NCBI GenBank assembly: GCA_002633005.1
Contig: NMRA01000131.1
Coordinates: 235,798 to 299,797, forward strand
Direction: 5' to 3'
DNA: 64,000 bases
Source of the DNA: Phoronis australis
Lineage: Eukaryota; Animalia; Phoronida
Position 1 is the first letter of the stretch. The number at the start of each line of letters is the position of its first letter. A program made the translations under genes and the position numbers. The notes beneath the pieces were generated by a model, which was given only the letters and a program-made list of their open reading frames with translations, was not told the origin of the DNA and did not search any database. This document shows, one piece after another, positions 54,199 through 64,000 of the stretch.

Positions 54199-54236
54199 AA
54201 GCGATATTTTGAGACACCTATCTCATCTTCAGGCTA
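54199..54236 (-). ncRNA. Hammerhead motif copy with GAAA changed to AAAA (probably inactive)
   Basis: Minus strand AGC-CUGAAGA-U-GAGAU-AGGU-GUCUC-AAAA-UA-UC-GCU. Confidence 0.55.
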
Positions 54237-55276
54237 CTATTTACAACTAGTTCACAGTGAAATGCACATCAGAAATGACAAATGCACTATAACACGTGAA
54301 TTTGGCATGCGCAACTATGAAGATAAAGACATATATAAATATTCATACGTTGCTGTGCAACATAATCTTTCTTGTTCCGCGGTCGAATGTTTTCGTCATC
54401 ATCAGAAACAAAAATACATTGGGCACACAGTGAAAATGATGTACACAGGTTACGAACATTAGAGTCGCTTCTAATAATGTTTGAAAAGACTAGTTTGTAA
54501 TAACCCATAAAGTTATCTCATTAGTGAGATAACATTTTGGCGGGAAACAGTTCGAGTCGCCGACTTTACCACTACACCACTCAGCGGCTGACGTCATCGA
54601 ACGTAAAAATAGAATACTTAAATGAGCACGCGCAACTATCGCATGTTCAGCAAAGGGCATTGCACCGACAATTATATGCTATGAAAAATAAGACGCATAA
54701 TTTCCATAAAAACTCTATTTTAATTCAGTGAAATTTTTCTCTCGTGTTCTCTCACTTGTATATCACCGATCTCCAATTTGAATGCAGGTGTCATGTGGTC
54801 GGTATCCTTTGACTTGAGCATTATAGTCAGTTACTAGTGGTAATCTACTTTAGCAGACGATATATTCCCGGTTGAAGCTTAGCGTGATATAATAATGTGT
54901 AGTAAGCTATAACAGTTGCTAAACCTTAATTTATAGATTCCCTTTATTTCTATTTTGTTTTATTTTTCAATTGGTTTTGAGTAAAAGCATTATCTTACAA
55001 AAATATCTCGGCTTTTCTTAAAAGGTCACGACCTCCGACCCCGGGCCTCTGACATAGAAAGTAGTTACAAGGCTGAAGCGAGTCGAGAAAGGTAGATCGA
55101 TTCATTGCAATGTTTCTCGTTCAGTATATGGTATAAATAGAACGCCCCTTGGGCGATAATTCTCCAAAATCCACTCGGGCTCTAGATAACGGGGGATAAC
55201 GACTTCGCATTGTAATAATCTATATTTATACATATGTTTTTAACGATATATTAATAAAGCATAAAAATATTTCCAG

Positions 55277-55353
55277 GTGATCAGTGCAATGGGCCCACAT
55301 GCGAGGCCTGCGCACGTCTGGTACAACGTGTATCAGACTGCCTGCAATTATTT
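55277..55353 (+). CDS. Candidate downstream Cys-rich exon of the VWA gene, running into a microsatellite
   Basis: Acceptor tttccag|G; phase-1 joining to 51817 reads GDQCNGPTCEACARLVQRVSDCLQLF. Confidence 0.4.
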
Positions 55354-55370
55354 ATATATATATATATATA

Positions 55371-55441
<71 letters not shown>

Positions 55442-55453
55442 ATATATATATAT
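55353..55453. repeat. (TA)n/(TATATG)n microsatellite
   Basis: Visible directly. Confidence 0.97.
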
Positions 55454-55547
55454 GTTTTTATCGTCATAGTTGCGCATGCCAACTTCACGTGTTATATTGA
55501 ATTTGTCAATTCTGATGTGCGTTTCACTGTGAACTAGTTGTAAATAG

Positions 55548-55585
55548 TAGCCTGAAGATGAGATATGTGTCTCGAAATATCGATT
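55548..55585 (+). ncRNA. Minimal type I hammerhead ribozyme motif (intact core, weakened stem I)
   Basis: AGC-CUGAAGA-U-GAGAU-AUGU-GUCUC-GAAA-UA-UC-GAU. Confidence 0.65.
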
Positions 55586-55647
55586 TTTAAATTATGTAAC
55601 CTACTGATGTCGTTTGGATTTTTTACGCTGTTGTGATGTAAAGACAA

Positions 55648-55897
55648 GGGGTCCGTTCCAAGAAACTGACTTAAGTTCATTTTTGACTTAAGTATAAGAT
55701 TTCTCTTAACTCCCATACTTTGAAAATTCCACATCCGGTTATATAGTTAAAATTAAGATTGAACTTTTACCATTAACTTAATTCAAACTTAGGATCTCTT
55801 GCTTAAAACAGTCTGGAGACAAATTTAAGTTTTATCTTAAAATTTACCAAAAATAAAGATTTGTCTTAGCTAAGTCAGTTTTGTTGGAACGGGCCCT
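55648..55897 (+). mobile_element. Harbinger-derived MITE
   Basis: GGGGTCCGTTCCAAGAAACTGAC ... GTCAGTTTTGTTGGAACGGGCCCT; first ~60 bp nearly identical to 53633 onward. Confidence 0.85.
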
Positions 55898-56059
55898 TGA
55901 TCTCTATTTAGAGAGTTTGAAAGAACTGAAATTAAACTCGCCAAAACAGATCAAAGTCGTGTCTTCAATGAAATATGTATACGAGAAAGATTACTGCCAA
56001 ATTATAGTGACAATATTGAACGTGAATAAGAATCACATTAGTATCGCCAAAAAGTAATC

Positions 56060-56930
56060 TGTAAACCAACCCTTAAACAGGGTTGGAATTCCGTACCTTG
56101 AAAGTGTAGCCTAAGTGTCATACATATACTCGAATTAAATTTCTTATAATTAATTTGTACACGTCGATATTGCGATCGCTTGAGAACACTTATCTGTCGA
56201 AATAATACGGCGAATATAACTTCTCACAAATGGAGCCCTTCAAGAGAACTTATTCACTCGGAGATTTAACGCTTCACTCGCTTATCACGCCGCTATTTGC
56301 CTTTTTGTGAACTCGTAAACTAAACCATTTACTTGTCTCATTGTCTGGCGTTCGGGTCACTTGTAAATAAAACATGACGTCATTAGATCACAATTTGAGA
56401 GTATGCCAACAAAATGGCAGAAGATTTCATTCGTCGTTGCTAGATAAAGGTAAAAAGAGACGAAATACAACCAAGTAAGACTAGTCGGTAACCTAATCCT
56501 TGTAAACAGGGCTGGAAGTCCGTACTCTGAAACGTAGAATTTAGCTTCACACATATCACACTCGAATTGAACATCAAATATTAGCCTAACCTGCGCATGT
56601 CAAAACGCGTGAATATACACATCTTCAGAAAAAGGCCAATATAACTGTTAGGAAATCAAGCCCTTCGAAAGACCTAATTTACTCCAAGATTTGACATTTT
56701 ACTATACGCCTGTCAGTCCACCAGTTTCGTTTTCTACCTAGCGGTATAATCGTGAACTAAAACGTTCATTTAGGTTATTGGTTGGCATTTGGGTCACTTT
56801 ATGACGTCATTAGGTAAAAAACTGAGATTATAAGATGCCAGATTATTTGATTCGTCGTTGTAATATAAAGAAAAAAACATTGGCGAAATGTTATCAGCTA
56901 CATCGTTCAAGGTTACCTAAATACATAAAG
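56060..56930. repeat. Old tandem duplication, unit ~430 bp
   Basis: Anchors TAAACAGGG (56074/56502), GGGTCACTT, ATGACGTCATTAG and ATTCGTCGTTG recur in the same order. Confidence 0.75.
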
Positions 56931-57269
56931 GGAATTCGATGAACAAATATTTTTCTCCCCTTCTCCTCTATGTCCATTTCACAAATTTGTGAAAAATGTT
57001 TAGGTGACCATTTAGCTCTGTTTCACAGCTACATATTGTAGATGTTTGTATAAAAAACGAGGTCGTTCGCGGAGTTTTTTAATTTTGCTCTATAACTTAA
57101 TCGCAACATTGTTGTATAACCCTTAATTCGTCAACGACTGTGATTTGTAACGTTTGTCAGATACAAACAGCTCGGCTTAGTCTTAAAAATACACCGACGT
57201 TATAGATGAGAGTTCGTAACCTTGACTCACTACAGAGAAATACTTACATGTACCGTAAGGCTACATGAA

Positions 57270-58500
57270 AGTAAATACATGCACAAAAGTGTCGAGAGTG
57301 GCGTAGATGAAGTAATATCCTTCGGTCTCGGTCGATACGGGGAATAATGTCGAGGATACTTCAAAAGCTCCATACTCCTCCCATGTGACTACCATGGCGA
57401 GGGGTCATCCCAAAGTCTCAGTAGTGCATCATGAGGTAATACAAGAACGCTGGCTTCTTCGCAGCATCCACAAATTTGTAACCTCGAACCCAACGAAGAG
57501 TTCTGACAGGGCCTCGAATAGCAGCGAAACGTCTAAGCCTATTTATAAAGGCATCGGTGGTTATGTCGTCAAGGGGTTCGAGATGAATTGCTGTTAGTAT
57601 AAGGCAAGTGAACAGGAGACCCCACGGCTGGTATTTCGTCCATCCTTCCTCAATGAAGAATGAATCAAAGCAATCTATGCTCGCATGTGTGAAGGGTGGT
57701 GAAAGGGTCTACTCTGCCATTTGGCAGGTATGCCATTTTCAGGCCTTGAGCACTTCCTCGAAGCTCTCTGCAAGTCACACACTTGCATATGAGCGAGGAA
57801 ACTGAAGGGCTGTGCCATCGTAATCACAACTAATTGGTCGTAAGTCCTCTGTCCTGATGCTCAACCTTCTCATTACATTCTTGAATGATCAGATCTGTAA
57901 TCATTGACTTCGGCAGAATGATAGGTTGTCTAAGGTCACGATACCAAAAGTCTACCGCCAACTATCTTTGTCAAGGAATGGGTTCAAACCTTTAAAAGCT
58001 GGACTGGATTTGTCAAGATCTCTCTGAAACCATCTTATGAGAGCATGTCTCACCTTCTCTCTGTTATCTTTAGTCAAAGGATCTGGGGACTTGTTAGTCT
58101 TTCTTCTCACAGTAAGTCTTGTAGTCTTTAGATTGCGGTTACAACGTATGTCCACTTTTAAAAACAAGGAACGCTGTCTTGTTCAACAACAATGGCAGAT
58201 AATTTCTTTACTTCCGGGTCATGAAGCGACAGGTTAGAGCTGGAGAGTTCCTTCTCTCGTAACGATCTTTTCCAGAGATAGCCAGGTCCTGAGAATCAAT
58301 TTGAAATCGTGAAATGGGAGACAGGAGGACCTCTGGAGGCATGGTCGGATGGATTTTCTTCGGAAGCAGCATGTTTCCACAGTGCAGACTGAGAAAGGTT
58401 TAGGTTCAGTATGCAAATACTCAAGGACAATATCGGAGTCTGTCCAAAAGCATACTTCATCGAATATGAACTAAGAGGTTTGAGTATAAAATCGACCTAC
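57270..58500 (-). mobile_element. BEL/Pao LTR retrotransposon pol relic (RNase H-integrase region)
   Basis: GLLFTCLILTAIHLEPLDDITTDAFINRLRRFAAIRGPVRTL, LNPFLDKD and WTDSDIVLEYL motifs, with many stops and frameshifts. Confidence 0.9.
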
Positions 58501-58776
58501 ATGTATCTTGGCTGACACCACGGCTGCAGTTTGTCAACCACCTAGCTGTCGCAAAATACAGCTAGGTACCACTGTGTCTTTTTCTTCCATAGACACCGAA
58601 ATTGCACACAGCCAGGGTAGTTCTGCTCGTCAACTTGCCGTGAAACCTGTATCAATGTGTAGAGCTCAAGACCGAAGGGGGTGCATGCAAAATCTGGAAA
58701 TCAAACGACACTCAACTTGCCCGTTACAGCCGTTTAAGTGGAAAACATTCTAATAGACGTCATTTGCTTGCGTAAT

Positions 58777-60833
58777 TGACCTATCGCCAGGATTATGACG
58801 GACGGCTTAATTGACCAATCAGAACGCAGCATTCTTGGCACACCTTCGTCTGCGTTTCCAAGCTGCCATTTTACCCGACAAACAACACGCAGTCGAGTAA
58901 AACATTCTTTAGTCTATAGCTCAAGAAATTGTCCGCTAAGAATGGGGAAACGGTGTTGATATGACGTGTGTAGCCCCGACAGCCGTTATGCTGCTCCAGA
59001 ATAATATCCGTTATTTTTTGGCATGTCCTAAGCCGGTTGAAAAGCGTAAACTATGGATCAAATTTTAGGGCCACACGAGCAGCTGAACTTAGCGATGTTG
59101 CTTGATAACTCGAAGGCTATAATAAACACAAATATATTAGTTCCTAGATACGCGCTTTTCAGCTTGGTGGCTATGGTGCAGAGCTATCTCAGATTTTGAC
59201 TCCCGAGTTGGCTACGTCTGGCCGCCTTTGTCTCGGCACAAGCTGGATCTCAGCGCTCTAACGGTAGTCCCCGGAAATTGTTGTTTTCAAGGACATTTTT
59301 ATTTTATTTTATTTTATTTATTTTAACCTAATGGACATTATTTTGTTTCGTATCAGAGGTACATTTTTGTTATTCATAAACCGTAAGCTGGCGTTCAACT
59401 GAACTTCTCTCCCGGTCAAAATTCAGAGATTCGATCTGCACAGGGAAAGGCACTGGATTACTACCGGAACTCAAAGCCTTGGTCGAGCTGTTTTCACTAA
59501 AATAAACTGTTTAATTACTTTTTGACGTGTACCTCTAGTATACACTATGTCTGTAGAGTTAGAGAGAGCTCATTTTGAAGTGGTTCAAACATGATATTTA
59601 GATTTATGAAGCTTTAAAAAAGAATTTGAGATATTTTTTATAAATACCCTATTTTTGCAACTACCACACCAGACTTGTAATCTTTTGTAACCATACCACG
59701 ACTTAGTGATCATGCTACCTTCAAAATTAAATGAAAGCTACCTTTATGGAATGAAACTACAAAAAATGCTAAGTTCATAAGAAGGTAGGCCTAATTTAAA
59801 TGTCTTAATGGTGCAAATTCCATAGGCGGATTTAGGGGGGGTGGGGCAGAGGCCCCAGCCCCCCCCCACCCCTTGGCTGCCGCAAGCAAAATGAAACAGC
59901 AAGAGCATGAGGAAATATTGAGTTCAGTAACTAGGACCTGTAGCGGAAGAGGGGGGGGGGGCTCAGACCCCAGCGGAATCGTGTTCCTGTTTTTTTTAGT
60001 TCACCTATAGATTGAACAGAAGGTCCAACGGTCTACATCCCTGGCCCCTGCAACTTTCGGGCCGCCTGTGCACATACACTCGCACTTTGCTCAATTCCAC
60101 GAGGCAAAATATGTTGGGCCCCCCTGTGGTATCCTAGATCCGCCACTGAATTCTAGACATTAATTTTACTGAGACACAGCCCTATACCTAGGCTACCTGA
60201 GCTAACTGTTTATCCAGTACGAGATGAGTGTGTACCTGAGCTATGAACCTGAATTTTTTTATCAAAATATATCGTGACAAGATTAGAAAAGCTATCGAGT
60301 CGATCTAGTCAGAGACTATAGTGCATGTGTTGTCTGTAATCTATGACCTACTTTACTCCAGGAGTCCCACCAATACTTTTCATTTGGCGAAATTTAGCAG
60401 ACGACAGAATAAAAGTATCGGTGAATCTTCACTGATTTTATTCGAAAGGTCATGAAATCTATGGAATCGTACAGATAATTGGACTTTAAGGTACATATCC
60501 AGCTTTACATGAACATCAGTAGCCTTGGCATTTCTCAGGTGAAGGTAGCCCCGAGGCCGAGGGGTTCTTCGGATTTTCTCTGGCTCCTCGAGCACTTATT
60601 TTTTCATCGTCACCTTTACAAATTCCCATATCATGAACGTACGATTCACTGTTCAGTGTTGAAAAGTATCGCCTCTTGTCTCTATCGACGCGTTTGAAAA
60701 AGTGCAAAAACACTCATCGATTCCACCATGACCAGGAACGTCGTTTAGCGACAGTGTATTTGCCTCTGACATCTCGTTCGAATGTCGGGTATCACGTGAC
60801 TTTTCGCATAGGGGCGGAGCTTGCGATAGGTCA
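58777..60833. mobile_element. Internally deleted ISL2EU-type transposon, TSD AT
   Basis: TIR TGACCTATCGC; THAP start MGKRC*YDVCSPDSRY...PKPVEKRKLWI (+, from 58942); SWIM relic ESYVHD..KCSRSQRKSEEP..CSCKAG (-, ~60500-60770); empty site in the 52250 copy. Confidence 0.82.
59821..60148 (+). mobile_element. MITE nested in the ISL2EU element, 5-bp TSD AATTC
   Basis: CATAGGCGGATTTAGG / CCTAGATCCGCCACTG; AATTC on both flanks; sibling of 8432-8748. Confidence 0.9.
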
Positions 60834-61479
60834 ATTCTCCGCCGTTTCTAACAAAGAAAAGTTATGTCGTTTTTTTTTGAAAGCAGTGCGCTCGTGACAC
60901 GCGCACGCGCCATTTCCTAAATTTTTGCTACATTTCTCGAAAGATAGCTTGGCAGCAGCAAAATTTCTTCTGAAATTCGATTTTTTGGTATCAAAGTTTT
61001 AAAAACTTATAATGAAGTGTAACAAGTTTCGGTAATTTGTTGTGACATGTACGCAACCGCGTGAAAGAACCACACTTGATTGAAGAATCGGCGAAAAAAG
61101 AAACTGGCCAATAGGTGACGCGATATTTCATGGCGCCGAAAGCCGACGCAAAGATCGCTCCACAACTTTAGCAGCAGAATAACGGTAGGACGATAGTTTT
61201 CCAAAACCAGAAAATAATTATATTTACTCAAATAAGTATTGAGTTTTTAATGACACTAATTTTGTGTCATTACTTGTTTTATCTGGTCATTTTTTACCCA
61301 TATCGGCGCAAAGCTGTATATTTATTATACAACTTTGCGACAAAGCTAGGCTGCAGTTAGCTGGACATAAAAAACGAGGCCAGAAAATTGGCATTGATGT
61401 TACATTGCCGGCGAGAGCGTGATTGACATTTTTGTCACTCGCAAAACGGATAAGGAAACAATCATCAGCGGAAAGGAAG

Positions 61480-63180
61480 AATTAACTGAGTACTTTGAAC
61501 TAAAGAAAAATGTCCAGTTCGAAATTTCCGAGAGGCAACACAAGAGGCTGGGGAGGAGTCGGACTTAGACACATACACAACCAGATTAAGAGGTCTTGCA
61601 AAACATCGTGAGTTAAAAAACGTCGACAAAGTGATATTGAACCAAAGTAATCAATATTGCTCATCACAGCGACTGAGACGAAGGGCCTTACGTGACACAA
61701 TGACTCTTGATCAATTGCTAGACATTGGTCGTGCTCTAGAATGTTCTGAAATACGAGATACCGGAATTAAATAATCTCAAACAGTGAATGCGGTCATTAA
61801 ACCAAAGCCAAAGCCCAAACATAAGCTGAAAAGATCAAAATAGCAGAAATACTCAAAAGCTAAAAGCTTGGACTAAATGTGGTGGCAATCATCCGCATGC
61901 AAAAGAATGTCTGGCTAAAGAAGCAACCTGTCATAACTGTCAACGTGTGGGCCACTATGGAAAAATGTGTAGAAATCGCAAACACAAACGCAAAGAGAAT
62001 GCTCTCAATCACTTCACCGATGAACAATCGCATTAAGATAATGAAGATGAAAATCTATCTGACACCAGCGACGAATATTGTTTTGGCGTCGTTGACAATT
62101 CAAAGTTGCCCAAAACAACCGTCACAATAACTATGTCCGGTAAAGAGAAACCAGTTGAGGTTCTGATCTACCCGTGTGCTTCAGCAAATTTGATCTCGGA
62201 GTCAACATACAGGCAGTGGAAACCACAGTCAACTCTGAGTAAAAGCAAGATAAACTTGTACCCATATGGCTGCAAAGAGCCAATTGCTGTGCTATGCAAA
62301 TCTCGAAAAGCGTCCAGACACCGACCACATTTGTCCATGCTACATTTTATGTTGTCAAAGGCGATACCGACAACCTGCTAATACGACACGTGCGTAGACC
62401 TAGATCTCGTTCACGTTGCAAATAACCTGTCAGATTCAAAGTCTGAGTACCAGGATGTTTTGGTGGCATCGGGAAACTGAAAGACTACCACGTAAAATTG
62501 CACATAGACAAAGATGTAAAACCGCAAGTTCAACCTCACAGACGGATTCCTTTCCATATGCGAAAGAAAGTGAAGAAAGAACTTGAATCATTGGTCGAAC
62601 AGGACATTATTGAAAGAGTCCAGAAGAACCGACACCTTGGGTTTCAGATTTAGTTGTGGTCCCAAAATCTGATTCAGACCAGGTTCGTCTATGCAATGAT
62701 ATGAGACACGCGAACCAAGCTATAAACGCGTGACTCCTACAATTGATGATATTGTGCACGATTTAAACGACGCATTTGTTTTCTCAAAGTTTGACTTACA
62801 AGCTTTTTAACATCAACTAGAACTTCACCCTTATAGTCGTCAAATTAAGACATTCTCGGCAAATGTAGGCCTTATGTGTTACCGAAGGCTGAACTTAGAA
62901 GTCTGCTCCGCGGCTGAAATTTTTCAGAATTGCATTGAACAAGTATTACAAGGTCTGAATGGTGCCCGAAATTTCAGCGATGACATTATTTTCTTCAGTA
63001 AAACCAAAAAACGGCATGATGGAGCTGTACTCAACAAGCTTCGAGAAAAAGACCTGAAACTGAATGAGCAATAAAATAAATGCAAATTCGAGCAGTTACT
63101 TTTGTCATTTTATGGACACGTATTTTCTGCAGATGGAATTCTGCCTGACCCAAAAATGGTTGAGAGAATAAAAACTTCAA
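61480..63180 (+). mobile_element. Ty3/Gypsy gag-protease-RT relic
   Basis: Zinc knuckles CGGNHPHAKEC and CHNCQRVGHYGKMC; degenerate protease; RT motifs QPHRRIPFHMR, PWVSDLVVVPK and SAAEIFQ..NFSDDII; frameshifted. Confidence 0.92.
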
Positions 63181-63186
63181 GTTGGT

Positions 63187-64000
63187 AGTGAGTGATTGAC
63201 TGTGGGTTTGTTTAAAAGGTAACTATGCTTTGAGATTGTGCGTAAGTGGAGAGAGAATAATCAAATCCAGTGTTTAATTTATTATATGATAACCACTAAA
63301 TAGACAACTGAAACCTGTTGTTAATTAAGTAAACAACTACAAAGAAGAGTAACCACGTGAGCTCCCTCTTTAAAGTTTACTTCAATCAATCAACCAAAAT
63401 AATCAAATGTCTTGTATGCTATCCAAGCTGTAGGACTCTCCACTTGTTGGCTGACAGTCCTGTTGGTGAATCTTTGAACTACGCACACTGCCTTGCTGGT
63501 CACAGTCTCTGGTGACGCAACACTTGCCGGCAGTTTCTTCTACCCATCATTCTTCTTGTTGGTCACAGTGTTTGATGACGGAACACTTCAGGCAGTATCT
63601 TACTACTCACGATGCAAGTGACAAGCTCTTAGTTAACTTCCTGTTCGTTAACCCTTGCCCTTGCCAAGATCCTCTTTAGAATCTTCCACGATGGGTCGAC
63701 TGTTGTACAATTTCCTCCGTACACTGTCTTTTGGCTTCAGCTACTATGGCTCATCTGAATTTCCTCTTGATTTTAGTCCAAATTATAATATTGTACTTAT
63801 TTAGCGATTGGCTAATAAAAACCACATGATCATATTCAATCATATCATTGGCTGTTACGATTTGTTCTCAGAAATTTCTAGAATTTCTAGAGTGCTTTCA
63901 CCCCATAACCAAAGTTGTAAACACCATCTAAAATAAGATTTTGACGTTAAAGTACATGTCAACAGGCTTGACCCTATGATTTAAAAGTACATCATGCACA
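63187..64000. repeat. Uninterrupted copy of the LTR-like repeat at 44897-49230, truncating the Gypsy RT
   Basis: Colinear with 44897-45431 plus 48928-49230; continues past the window end. Confidence 0.85.

Larger units (their letters stand above)
53553..55978. repeat. Large inverted repeat (arms ~53553-54337 and ~55447-55978), Penelope-like pLTR pair
   Basis: 53553-53632 is the reverse complement of 55898-55978, and 54160-54337 of 55447-55625; both arms contain a hammerhead core. Confidence 0.8.

Overview
AT-rich animal genomic DNA, probably a marine invertebrate (taxon is inference), with one 110-N assembly gap. It is not prokaryotic and has no CRISPR array or intact rRNA/tRNA gene. Host genes: the last coding exon of cytosolic aconitase/IRP1 (600-719), a giant-like PAR-related bZIP gene (11540-12601) whose upstream region is dense in D-box and nuclear-receptor elements, and a probably secreted, spliced VWA-domain gene (from ~50822). 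Most of the rest is nested mobile DNA: many short TIR elements with 5-bp TSDs (one carrying a tRNA-like Pol III cassette), two decayed ISL2EU-type transposons whose empty sites are present in the window, Harbinger, BEL/Pao and Gypsy relics, minisatellites, and inverted Penelope-like repeats carrying minimal hammerhead ribozyme motifs. The oddest structure is the 53.5-56.0 kb inverted repeat: both arms contain a hammerhead motif and a Harbinger end at the same position, and the arms flank a candidate VWA exon. I see no compelling new biological system; all calls are by eye, without database searches.
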